Assembly: GCA_046761065.1 (NCBI GenBank)
Contig: JBHIFL010000001.1
Coordinates: 64,001 to 128,000, forward strand
DNA: 64,000 nt
DNA from: Candidatus Heimdallarchaeota archaeon
GTDB lineage: Archaea > Asgardarchaeota > Wukongarchaeia > Wukongarchaeales > JBHIFL01
Reading direction: 5' to 3'
The notes below the pieces were generated by a model. The model did not search any database. It saw nothing but the letters and a program-made list of their open reading frames with translations, and was not told the origin of the DNA. Positions 41,288 to 50,915 of the stretch are shown here, one piece after another (the stretch's first letter is position 1; each line of letters starts with the position of its first letter). Both the position numbers and the translations under genes were made by a program.

Positions 41288-41456
41288 GCGTTTCTCTCCA
41301 GTATTCCAGTGTACTCCACTCTGACGTAGGGTAGATAAAGAAATAGGAAATACTGGCTGATACCTGCGTGTCGCCGCTTCAGCTACCAGCGATTTTTAAA
41401 AAAAATGGCTCCAAACTGCGGATGCCGTTATAATAACTTCCTGGCAAGCGGGTACT

Positions 41457-41542
41457 CATTGTAAAGAATTAATGACAAACAGATAGCATTGTAAACAATA
41501 ATGGCAAAAGAATCCGAGCTATTGTAGATAATTACTAACAAA
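41457..41542. repeat. Three phased imperfect direct repeats with palindromic core ATTGT-NN-ACAAT
   Basis: cattgtaaagaattaatgacaaa (41457), cattgtaaacaataatggcaaa (41487), tattgtagataattactaacaaa (41520); spacing 30 and 33 nt. Confidence 0.55.
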
Positions 41543-41925
41543 AAGGAACGGTTCAGCCCTATTTGTATGGTTTATTGTTAAAAATTACTAGCATTACCAT
41601 TTTCCTTGGGTTTAGCCTTATGAACCATGAACCCTTCAGTGGGGGTTTGGGTTTTAAATACAGTTTGGTTCCATATGTATCAATAAAGCTTAGTCGCTTC
41701 TGAGCTAATAGATTATATTGGGGTCGTATGATAAGCTGAAAACCCAAAAATTAGATAGAATGCCCCATCTTACAAATTCAGACAGTTTGATTCCCAAAAT
41801 GAAGCCCCAACCTTATTTCAGGCACAAGTTCTACTTGCTTAACCTCAGAAGCCATCATCAAATCGATCAAATAATAAACGCAAAACTATTGAGAAACTTA
41901 TTAGAAGGATTCTCATACTTAGGAT

Positions 41926-42927
41926 ATGGGAGTGATCAAGGCGATGGATAAACCCATGCGGGAAATGATCGAACTCCCCGCAGCCGTTTATCGAAAAATC
42001 ATCCGCCATAGCCTTATCGGGCTTCGCGAACCTACAGAAAATGGTACGTACCGGTATGACCGTTGGAAAGAAGTCATCGGAACCCTCCTTGGAAAGTTCA
42101 AAGCTGGGAAAATCGAGATCGTCGATGCCATCGCCCTTGGCGAGGGTAGCCACACCCATGTTCTTGCCACTAATTACGAAAAAATTTTTGAAACCCGCGA
42201 TTTTGAAGCCCAGCTCCTCCTCGACGACGCAGACCGCGTGAGTATCTGTGGTTGGTACCACTCGCACCCCGGTTTTAGCTTCTTTCTGAGCGGGACCGAT
42301 AAAGCCACCCAAACAACCTACCAACAGCAACACGACCGAGCCATCGCGCTGGTGGTGGATCCCACGGCCATTTTTTGGGCGAATGAACCAGGAATTAGGG
42401 GGTTCCGGGTCCAAGACCGGGGGATTTTCGGAAGGAGGGAGGTGTCGTTGAAGGTTTCAGTAATTGGACTGGAGAGGGAATTTCGGGAGGTTCTGGGGGA
42501 ACTTGTTGAGGAGCTGGGCTTTGACAAGCCCCTAGCCGCGGTTCTCCCCAAACCGGTGGTAGCCGCGCCGCCGAAGTTCCTGCCCACCCCCCTGCAGGAG
42601 ATCCGGGTCTTTTTTAGAGTCCCGGAACAAGTCACTGTTGGAAAAGCCTTCACGGTAGCGGTGGGAGTCGAGGGGATTGAGACAGGGGTAATCCAGCTCG
42701 AATACGAGCTAATTCTCCCAGAGGAGCTCACAATCATTTCACAACTCTGGCACAAAGAGCGGGCCTACGCGTATCATGAGGTGATGACCAACGGGACGGT
42801 ACGGGTTTTCAGGGTGCGCGCGGACCGAGCGGCTTCGGTTGACATCATCTTTGATAATATTGTGGTGTCAAACGCGCGTGAAGCGGTTTCTATGGGGCGG
42901 CAAACCCTCACGGTAATTGCCATTTAA
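41926..42927 (+). CDS. JAB/MPN+ (Rpn11/CSN5-like) metalloisopeptidase with C-terminal beta-rich domain
   Basis: EVIGTLLG, GWYHSHPGFSFFLSGTD, TQ..YQQ, AIALVVDP. Confidence 0.9.
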   Translation: MGVIKAMDKPMREMIELPAAVYRKIIRHSLIGLREPTENGTYRYDRWKEVIGTLLGKFKAGKIEIVDAIALGEGSHTHVLATNYEKIFETRDFEAQLLLDDADRVSICGWYHSHPGFSFFLSGTDKATQTTYQQQHDRAIALVVDPTAIFWANEPGIRGFRVQDRGIFGRREVSLKVSVIGLEREFREVLGELVEELGFDKPLAAVLPKPVVAAPPKFLPTPLQEIRVFFRVPEQVTVGKAFTVAVGVEGIETGVIQLEYELILPEELTIISQLWHKERAYAYHEVMTNGTVRVFRVRADRAASVDIIFDNIVVSNAREAVSMGRQTLTVIAI

Positions 42928-42956
42928 TGAAGAAGTAGCTTTTTTAGGAGTAGACA

Positions 42957-43520
42957 TTACTCCCCTCGGCGGCGTTTCCGTTCTTGATAGGAACCCACAA
43001 GCCCAATAGCGAAGATTGCTAAGAGAAAAGCAGAGGCCCCAATAAACAGGTAGACCAACCAGCGGCGGCGAGGTAGTGGTTCTGTGACAATTAGAGTCAA
43101 ATTTGTATTTGGGAGCAGATCTACTTCGGTCGCATTAAATGGAGTTGTATACCCAAATTTCAGGGTCACATTGTAGTCCCCTCCCTCCAGGTTCTCGATA
43201 AGAACGGTCATGAGTTCGGTTTTGGAGGTATTAGAGGGAATATTTAGCTTGTCATAGGTGATATTAAAGGATTGAACCTCTGCGGACTTGTTATAAATTG
43301 AGATCCAAAAGTGTTTCAGGGTAATCTGATGAGTCTGTTCATTCATTAGACTTGCGCTGAATGTGACATTTGTTGGGCCAGTGATGGTATCAGGAACCAC
43401 AGTCTGATCATATATAAAAAGATCGTTCTCCACAATAGTTGTTTTCGCCGGAGAAGCCAGGATTTGGGCGACCAAAACGGCACTCATCATGATAAGTCCG
43501 TAAATACCTTTTGAGTTCAC
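42957..43520 (-). CDS. Secreted, C-terminally anchored Ig-like/CARDB-like protein
   Basis: Signal peptide, beta-rich body with many NxS/T sequons, TM helix and basic tail. Confidence 0.7.
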   Translation of the reverse strand: MNSKGIYGLIMMSAVLVAQILASPAKTTIVENDLFIYDQTVVPDTITGPTNVTFSASLMNEQTHQITLKHFWISIYNKSAEVQSFNITYDKLNIPSNTSKTELMTVLIENLEGGDYNVTLKFGYTTPFNATEVDLLPNTNLTLIVTEPLPRRRWLVYLFIGASAFLLAIFAIGLVGSYQERKRRRGE

Positions 43521-43623
43521 CTCAATAGGCCTCCAAGTAGTCGTATAGACACATTCCCTGATGAAGTATCCTTGGTGTTTTATAATGGTCTTTGCATATG
43601 TTCAGTCCATTGATTGACCGATA

Positions 43624-44250
43624 CTAGTCTTCAAACAACATTTTCGAGATGAACAGTCGAAGTTCTCGTCGCTGACGGGCGACTTTTGCTTCAAACGTAT
43701 TATCAATCATTATCGATCTATCAGCCTTTTGTGTTCGAACCCCACCTATACAATTGAGTCGATCTGGCAGAAGATAGAGGGTTGTCGGGGTTTTTATTCG
43801 ATTGGCGACGAGTTTTTCCAGTTTTTGAAGGTTCTGCAGTAATCGTGCATCGTTATGGTTGGTTTGCACATGAATTTCCCCCCCACCAAGTCCTATCGCA
43901 CCTTCGATGATTAAATTTTCGAGTAAAGACGCATATTCCGGGGTCTTGGTGAATGCTTGTAGTTTTTCCATCACGACTGTGAACGCTTGCTCAATCATTT
44001 TTTCCTTTGTTGCTAATATTTCCATCCGTGTTTGGAGCCCCGTCCGAGCAAGTTCCCGTCTCTTCGACAGCTCTCCTTCTGCTCTGATATCCCGTAAGAT
44101 GCGTTGTCGGCGCCGTTCCGCTTCCTCTTGGGCTTCTCTTATTATCCGGGCTTTCTCCTCCTCGGCTTCTGCGAGGATTTTCGTCGCTTCCGCCTTTGCT
44201 TCGTTCATTATCGTCCGTACCAGCTTCTCGAGCGTTTCTACGGTCTCCAT
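43624..44250 (-). CDS. A/V-type ATP synthase subunit E
   Basis: N-terminal coiled coil (I..EA..EA..IL.EA), CIGG, IDNTFEA. Confidence 0.85.
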   Translation of the reverse strand: METVETLEKLVRTIMNEAKAEATKILAEAEEEKARIIREAQEEAERRRQRILRDIRAEGELSKRRELARTGLQTRMEILATKEKMIEQAFTVVMEKLQAFTKTPEYASLLENLIIEGAIGLGGGEIHVQTNHNDARLLQNLQKLEKLVANRIKTPTTLYLLPDRLNCIGGVRTQKADRSIMIDNTFEAKVARQRRELRLFISKMLFED

Positions 44251-44794
44251 GCTTTACCACCAGCTCACGTGTGGGATATAATCGAGGGAAAAGGTGGGAT
44301 TACTCAGCCAACGAGAGTGTGATTAGAATACAGGGGCATTATAACCCTTCGGGATATTTTTTGACCTTTTTAAACATTTTGAATAAGAGATCTTTTAGCT
44401 CTAGATAGTAAGATAAGGAACTATTGTCTTCCCCTCATGAGAAGACCCTTAATATTTTTTTCCTTGCAGGGAAGTTCCTAGATCTAGAATCTTCAAATTA
44501 TTGCTTTCTAGTTTTGCCAGTTCATATTTGTATTGAGCACAGGAAAATTTTACCCTTTATCTAAAAATAAATCGGACCCTAAAGAATCTTAAAACAGGAT
44601 GGGTGTTTTAGCAGTTTTAAACTATATAGGGACACTTTACCTTAAGTTTTTGTATATGAAAAGAGGTTACTTCCTCACTAATGAGTTTTAGGCATTGGTT
44701 ATAACCTAATTTACCTCCATCGAGAATAGGATCAGCAGCTTTTCTTTTGCTAGCTACCCTTGTCTCACTATAGTTTCGCGTTCTGTTTTTTTTC

Positions 44795-46158
44795 TCAAAT
44801 TGGCGAGAAGACTCCCTCCGAACGGGAGGAGATGAATCGCCTCAACGGGGTTTAAATGGGACGAAGGCTACAGTAATTCGTGAAAAGGTAATGTATCTGG
44901 TGCAAAAAAATCACTTGCGAGGACTATCGAAACGCGAATATAAACTACTCCACCAATTAACCCATCTGCCTAAGACCCTCTATAACTATACGCTCTACAC
45001 GGTGCGCCAATATTTCTTTGCGAAGGGAGTGTTTCTGCCCTACGAGCAAGCCTATCATCATGTTAAAGTGAATGAGCATTACCGGAGGTTACCCTCCCAA
45101 GTTGCCCAGCAGACGATGAAAGTTGTAACGCCTGCGATGCGACCCTTTTTTGGCTTGCAGCGGGCGCGGAAGAAGGGGAAGTATCCTCACCCGATTCGGC
45201 TGCCTCACTATTTACCGAAAGATGGCTTCTTTGTGTGTACCTTCCCAAAAGATATGTTCAAAGTCGAAGGAGAGATGCTTCGCCTCTCGCTCGGGCGATA
45301 TTTTGCTAACGAATGTGGGGTCCGATATCTCCATTTCAAAGTCCCCTCTCATGTGGTCGGGAAGCTGATCAAGGAAATTCGGCTCCTCCCTCGCTATCAA
45401 GGATGCTATTTCAAGATCGAATACGTCTATACCGTTGGCCCGGAAGCCCCGGAATTAGATCCCACGAAATACTTAGGCATTGATTTGGGGTTGAACAACT
45501 TTGCCACCTGCGTTTCCACGGACGGGACTGCCCTCATTCTTGAAGGTAAGGGAATAAAATCATATAACCGTTGGTGGAACAAGCAGAAAGCGATATTACA
45601 ATCAGTCTATGACAAGCAAGGAGTAAAATTTGGACGAAAGATGGCATGGCTCCTACACAAACGCAAACATGTCATAAATAACTTCATGGCTCAAGCCGTC
45701 CATTGGATCCTTCAGGAATGTCTCACGCACCAGATTGGGACGGTGGTGATCGGCGAGCTGAAAACCATCAAGCAACACATCAACTTAGGAAAGAAAACGA
45801 ACCAAAACTTCCAGTATATCCCCTTTGGGGGTTTTAAGAAAAAACTACGAGCGAAATGTGAGTATTACGGGATCATGGTACTTGAAATAGAGGAAGTGTA
45901 CACATCCCAGACCTGCTCCGCTTGCGGAGTCCGCGAGAAGAAGAATCGGAAGTATCGGGGATTATATGCGTGTCGCACTTGTGGGATAGTCCGGAATACG
46001 GATGTCAATGGAGCGATCAACATCCTCCAAGTAGCCTCTGAGTCCATCAAGATAGGAGGTAGTGGGCGGGTGAATCGCCCGGGGCGAATAAGGATACCAA
46101 CCGTCGTTGGACAGCACCCTTCGCCCGAAGCTTCGCCCGGCAGGGCGGGGTAGTTCAC
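44795..46158 (+). mobile_element. IS200/IS605-family (IS1341-like) tnpB-only element
   Basis: Left-end hairpin ggcga-gaagactccctccgaacgggaggagatgaa-tcgcc (44802-44841); right end gaagcttcgcccggcagggcggggtagttcac ending at 46158; no tnpA; left boundary approximate. Confidence 0.85.
44891..46153 (+). CDS. tnpB: RNA-guided endonuclease TnpB
   Basis: RuvC-I GIDLG, RuvC-II VIGEL, Zn finger YTSQTCSACG...CRTCG, RuvC-III DVNGAINI. Confidence 0.95.
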   Translation: MYLVQKNHLRGLSKREYKLLHQLTHLPKTLYNYTLYTVRQYFFAKGVFLPYEQAYHHVKVNEHYRRLPSQVAQQTMKVVTPAMRPFFGLQRARKKGKYPHPIRLPHYLPKDGFFVCTFPKDMFKVEGEMLRLSLGRYFANECGVRYLHFKVPSHVVGKLIKEIRLLPRYQGCYFKIEYVYTVGPEAPELDPTKYLGIDLGLNNFATCVSTDGTALILEGKGIKSYNRWWNKQKAILQSVYDKQGVKFGRKMAWLLHKRKHVINNFMAQAVHWILQECLTHQIGTVVIGELKTIKQHINLGKKTNQNFQYIPFGGFKKKLRAKCEYYGIMVLEIEEVYTSQTCSACGVREKKNRKYRGLYACRTCGIVRNTDVNGAINILQVASESIKIGGSGRVNRPGRIRIPTVVGQHPSPEASPGRAG

Positions 46159-46189
46159 AGGTCCCCGTAGACTCAGAGGAGGGAAACTA

Positions 46190-47518
46190 TTGAAAGTCAT
46201 TGCGGACCTCCATATCCATTCGCCGTTCTCATCTGGCACTAGTCGATCTATTTCGCTTGAGCGTTTAGTGCACTTTGCTACCCATAAAGGAGTGAATCTT
46301 CTAGGAACTGGGGATTTTCTTCAGCCAAGATGGTTGAAGGAATGCAAGAAGACACTTCAAGAACTTGATGTGGTTCCAGGAATTTACCAGATGGATCCTG
46401 GTCGAAAAGTTTTCTTTCTTGTTGCAGGAGAAGTTTCTGTATGTTTTGAGACGCAAAATAAATCCAAAAAAATTCATATTCTGATTCTCTGCTCCGATTT
46501 TGCAGTTGCGGAGCAATTACAAAGTCGCTTAAGACGATTTGGTGATCTCGAGGATGGACGTCCCGAGCTAGATCTCACTCCCCCAGAGCTTGTGGAACTC
46601 GTCAAAGAAACGGATCAAAATGCAGAGCTCGTCCCCTGTCATATTTTTACCAGTTGGTATTCAGTGCTGGGGCAGCATGGATTCGATTGTCTTCAAGATT
46701 GTTTTGAGGATAAAACTAAAGATCTCCTTGCTCTAGAGACCGGTTTATCGGCAGACCCATTAATGGCTTTCCGGATCAGTGAGTTAGATGCGTTCCCCCT
46801 CATTTCTAATTCGGACCTGCACAGTCCCTGGCCTTATCGCCTGGGTAGGGAAGCCAATGTTTTCGAGCTGGAGGAGCTATCATATTATCATGTTCGCGAT
46901 GCGATCAAGCAGCGGGATCCGACTCACTTCAGATTCACCCTTGAACTGGATCCCCGCTTAGGAAAATACTACCATACAGGGCATCGCAAGGATCGAAAAT
47001 ACCGAATCCGTGTGAAACGAAATCGCCAAGGGAGTTGGGAGAATCAGTGGATCCCTCATGAACATGATGTCATCTTTACTGATCCAAAATTAGCTATGGC
47101 CTGTGGAAATTTATGTCCCTGTGGCCAAAAGTTAACTATTGGTGTTTTACAACGGGTTGAAGAATTAGCAGACCGTGAAATGGGTTATATCCCTCTGAAT
47201 ATAATTCCATTCAAAACTGTGATTCCTCTTATGGAGATTATCTCAAAGACAACTCATGCAGGACTGTTTTCAAAACTTTTATGGGATAAATATGTAAGAT
47301 TGACCCGAACGTTCGGAAATGAGCTTAATGTCTTATTGTCAGTCCCATATGAATCACTCCGAGTCACAGCGGGCAACAAGCTAAGTGAAGCGATCCTTAG
47401 AGTCCGAGAAGGGCGTATTACCATCTCTCCTGGGTTCGATGGAGTGTATGGTACACTCAATATTCTTTCTAATACAGAACTCGCACAAGACTCAAAAAAA
47501 TCGAGTCAAAAGAGCTAG
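46190..47518 (+). CDS. Endonuclease Q family (PHP domain) protein
   Basis: ADLHIHSPFS, GTGD, HIFT.W, ETGLSADP, SNSDLHS, LGREAN, GKYYHTGH, GVLQRVEELAD, PGFDGVYG. Confidence 0.88.
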   Translation: MKVIADLHIHSPFSSGTSRSISLERLVHFATHKGVNLLGTGDFLQPRWLKECKKTLQELDVVPGIYQMDPGRKVFFLVAGEVSVCFETQNKSKKIHILILCSDFAVAEQLQSRLRRFGDLEDGRPELDLTPPELVELVKETDQNAELVPCHIFTSWYSVLGQHGFDCLQDCFEDKTKDLLALETGLSADPLMAFRISELDAFPLISNSDLHSPWPYRLGREANVFELEELSYYHVRDAIKQRDPTHFRFTLELDPRLGKYYHTGHRKDRKYRIRVKRNRQGSWENQWIPHEHDVIFTDPKLAMACGNLCPCGQKLTIGVLQRVEELADREMGYIPLNIIPFKTVIPLMEIISKTTHAGLFSKLLWDKYVRLTRTFGNELNVLLSVPYESLRVTAGNKLSEAILRVREGRITISPGFDGVYGTLNILSNTELAQDSKKSSQKS

Positions 47519-47618
47519 TATTCACTTCATACATAAGAATTAAGTCGGAAGAAACAAAACATGATAGATGATTTAGTGTTCTTATTGAACCGCAAGACCA
47601 TTTCCTGTCTATTGTATA

Positions 47619-49136
47619 TTATTTACTTGGACTTCGAAAATCCTTGAAATAATGATCTTCAGTCATACCGGTGATTCTTTTAAAATATTGGTCTGGCTCG
47701 ATCCCTGCTATTATCATTGCTAGTTCTTTTTTCTTGTCAATGCCACTTCGTCTTGTGATCATGATTTTCTGAGCTGCCGGTGAACCAGCTCCATGTAATG
47801 CTTCAGGTAATCCTGCTCCAATCGCCATATTCTCAATAAGCCGGAACATCCGAATCTTATCCTCGGTCCGAACTCCTTCTTTGGCACCTAAGGCCCACTC
47901 CATATATTTCCCGACATTAAGATTCTTGTAGTCCTGTTCAGATGGGAGGGTGATAATGAGCCCGCCTGCGACATCCTGTGCAAGACGCATCCACTCATAG
48001 GTTGACCTTGTGATATTCAACTTCACAACGTTGGCTAGCAATGGATGTGGGACGTAAGCGCCGGATGGGGTCTGGTAACCTTCATAGGAGCATGCTAACG
48101 AGCACGACCAGCAGGTTTCTGCAAGATGTACCATTTCCGCAATCGTATTACGAATATTTGATGCCTTCTCGACGCCATGCGCCTCAGCGATCCATTGTGC
48201 CGCACCTGTCACCACATCGGCCAAACCCACTTTACATCCTCCGTAGTTCTGCCGATGATAGCCAGCAAATGTCTCTACGAGCTCTGTGGAGAAGTCGGCC
48301 TCACCACACATGAAGACACGATCCCAAGGAATGAAGACATCGTCAAAGATAATAAGGGCTTCCCCGCCAACGATACCGTACTTAGCATTCCCAGCATCAA
48401 CTTCACACTCGAGCCGTCTTGTATCATTTGTTTGGCGCCCAAAGATCAAGGTTACCCCCTCCGTGTCAATAGGAACCGCATAAGAGATGGCAAAATCCTT
48501 GTCATCTGGGCCCATGGTGCGGGTCGGCATGGCGATGATTTCATGGGAATTGACTGTACCGGTGATGTGGGCTTTTGCACCACGAACGATGATCCCATCC
48601 TCTCGTTTTTCGGTTACATGGACGTAGACGTCTGGGTTTGGCTGCTGATGTGGGCGAAGACTACGATCCCCCTTCGTATCGGACATCGCGCCTGCAGGCA
48701 TTAAATCGTTCGTTTGCACGTATTTCACATATTCTTTAACCCGCTCATGATAATTGGTACTCCCAGATTTACGATCAATGTCATAGGAGACGACATAAAG
48801 TGCGTTCAGGGCATCAAGCCCTACGCAACGTTGCCAACAGGTCCCAGTTTTCTGACCAAGCAGCCGCATCATTCGAACTTTATTCACGAGATCTTGGTGT
48901 GATTGATGGATGTGAACGAACCGGTTTACCCGCTCTTCGGTTAGGTGGCTGACTGCCGTCATAATAGTTTGGTATTCTGGTTCATGGGCCAACTCGTAGG
49001 TCATCGCGGCAGCATTCACATGAGGTTTGAAAAGCGGAAAATCCACAACACTCTCAACCCGCTCCCCTAAAGCGTAAACTTTAGGATTCAGTTTACGTAA
49101 GCTCTCGGTATATTCTTTCCCAGTCATTAGCATCAA
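47619..49136 (-). CDS. abfD: 4-hydroxybutyryl-CoA dehydratase (FAD/[4Fe-4S])
   Basis: CWQRCVGLD and YHRQNYGGCK supply the Cys3/His cluster ligands; D.KGDRS, RGAKAH.TG, E..HGAGSP.AQ. Confidence 0.88.
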   Translation of the reverse strand: MMLMTGKEYTESLRKLNPKVYALGERVESVVDFPLFKPHVNAAAMTYELAHEPEYQTIMTAVSHLTEERVNRFVHIHQSHQDLVNKVRMMRLLGQKTGTCWQRCVGLDALNALYVVSYDIDRKSGSTNYHERVKEYVKYVQTNDLMPAGAMSDTKGDRSLRPHQQPNPDVYVHVTEKREDGIIVRGAKAHITGTVNSHEIIAMPTRTMGPDDKDFAISYAVPIDTEGVTLIFGRQTNDTRRLECEVDAGNAKYGIVGGEALIIFDDVFIPWDRVFMCGEADFSTELVETFAGYHRQNYGGCKVGLADVVTGAAQWIAEAHGVEKASNIRNTIAEMVHLAETCWSCSLACSYEGYQTPSGAYVPHPLLANVVKLNITRSTYEWMRLAQDVAGGLIITLPSEQDYKNLNVGKYMEWALGAKEGVRTEDKIRMFRLIENMAIGAGLPEALHGAGSPAAQKIMITRRSGIDKKKELAMIIAGIEPDQYFKRITGMTEDHYFKDFRSPSK

Positions 49137-49406
49137 AGGACACCATAGTCCTTATGAGAGGATGATAGCTTAAAGCTTCTGCTTTGAGGAAGACTTAAAT
49201 AGGAATAAACGGATGTAGAACTTATAAATGACTTAAAAAGGCGAGAAAAAAGCACTTAAGGGTCGGAATAATACACAATAACGCTGTTGGTCGAATCGGA
49301 ACCATTGCTCAAGTTACAGAAGAGCTCTTAATGAAAAACTTAAAGAGTGTTAACAAAGGGTAATTCCTAGATAGAACAATAACACCACCGAATACAGGAG
49401 ATAAGC

Positions 49407-49778
49407 ATGAACGAGAAAGAACCTGAATTACAACCAGCTTTGAAGATCAAAATTTCGTCGCTACCAGATCTTCTTCGTATGATTGCCTCGACTGCACTCC
49501 CAGAACAGTCGCCCACCTTATTGTCATTTCAGGTAGGCTCAAACAAATGGATTCTTGCGTCTTTAATACTATTACCCGCGTGGTATCAGTTAAGAAGCCT
49601 CCCAATCCTTGTCTATATAGAGCGAGAGGAACCTCCTGAGGGACCGTTCTTTCGATATAGAGCCACTGAAAAAGAAGAGGAAGAAATCGGGTTCTGTCAC
49701 TCTACGAAAGACTCAAGCTATGGCTATATACCGATCATCCACCTCGCGGAAGTCCCTGAGGTTTTCTGGATCGAATAA
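49407..49778 (+). CDS. Hypothetical protein
   Basis: 123-aa ORF with AGGAG RBS. Confidence 0.65.
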   Translation: MNEKEPELQPALKIKISSLPDLLRMIASTALPEQSPTLLSFQVGSNKWILASLILLPAWYQLRSLPILVYIEREEPPEGPFFRYRATEKEEEEIGFCHSTKDSSYGYIPIIHLAEVPEVFWIE

Positions 49779-49830
49779 GTTGCGATAAGAGGACTAAGAT
49801 CGTTTTTAGTTAACGTAGGGACTCAGAAAC

Positions 49831-50823
49831 CTAGTAATTGGACTGATCTGCGGCATGCCAGCTCCGAAAGAGGATTAGGAGGAACAATAAGGCATTCAAT
49901 GTGACCAAACTACTTTTTTCAAAATTGCTACGCCGAAGCAGTTCGAGAAGGATGAAGGGTAGAACAAGCAAAAGACTCACGAGATTCGTCCCAGAAAAAA
50001 ATCTTTGTCCCAAGCCTTTTACTGTCCGAATTAGAAAAGTCAGAATTCCAAAACCCAATCCCAAACCTTGAAAAAGCCGCAAATAGAAAGGAATCTGCCA
50101 ATCGCCTTGGATGAAGAGAGCTTCAGTGCCAATAAAGATCCCCAAAGAAATAATGGTTATAAAATTCGTAGGAATCTCGACATAGCGGTCTATTTGCGCG
50201 GCCCCCTCATAGATCAAGTAGAGAAATCCACCAATAGCTGCCGCGGAGGCTAAATTTACGCCTGAGGTGTAGATTTTGTCAATATTATTTAACCAAAGGG
50301 TACCAAGATAGGTCAGCAAAGTCCTTAGAAACGCCCGATAGGATACGATTAGGAGGAGGGGAATTGGAGACAACAAAAGTGTAAGAAACACCCGAAGTTT
50401 CGGTGTCGCTTTTTCTTCCATTTCCTCTTCATGGGACTTAAAGAGGAGGCTATAAAGGAACCAGCCGGAGAAGATGGCGAGGAAAGAGGAGAAGAGTGGA
50501 AGGATAAAAAAACAAAGGGCCAATACAAAGTTAAATGTATAAAAAATACGAATGACTGTGGGCATTCGAGCGATGGTTTCCCCAGCGAAGCTGTACGTGT
50601 CAGCTAAGCGATACCGGTGAATAATAGTGAAAGCAAACCATGGAAAGAGTAAAAAAAGTGGTCCAATAACTTTTGCAATGAGTATTTCTATAGTAGGATT
50701 TGAAACAAGAACAATATCCAGATCTGGAAGGGCAACCCAAAATAAGCCAAAAAAATAGACCGGTAATAATATGGCTTGGAGTAAAACGATCAGTCGACCA
50801 ATGAGCAATTCCATGCGTTCCAA
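49831..50823 (-). CDS. Hypothetical polytopic membrane protein
   Basis: 330 aa, about 9 hydrophobic segments; downstream of ABC genes on the same strand. Confidence 0.7.
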   Translation of the reverse strand: MERMELLIGRLIVLLQAILLPVYFFGLFWVALPDLDIVLVSNPTIEILIAKVIGPLFLLFPWFAFTIIHRYRLADTYSFAGETIARMPTVIRIFYTFNFVLALCFFILPLFSSFLAIFSGWFLYSLLFKSHEEEMEEKATPKLRVFLTLLLSPIPLLLIVSYRAFLRTLLTYLGTLWLNNIDKIYTSGVNLASAAAIGGFLYLIYEGAAQIDRYVEIPTNFITIISLGIFIGTEALFIQGDWQIPFYLRLFQGLGLGFGILTFLIRTVKGLGQRFFSGTNLVSLLLVLPFILLELLRRSNFEKSSLVTLNALLFLLILFRSWHAADQSNY

Positions 50824-50915
50824 ATTTATCCCTCAACTAGTAAATCTAAACTCTCCTATAAAAAAAGAGAGGAATCATTTGAATTACTAGTTGGTGGAAA
50901 TCAATTGTTCTATTT

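Noticed and set aside
41457-41542. Mini-CRISPR interpretation of the three repeats
   Set aside because: Repeats are degenerate, spacers are only about 7-11 nt, and no cas genes are present.
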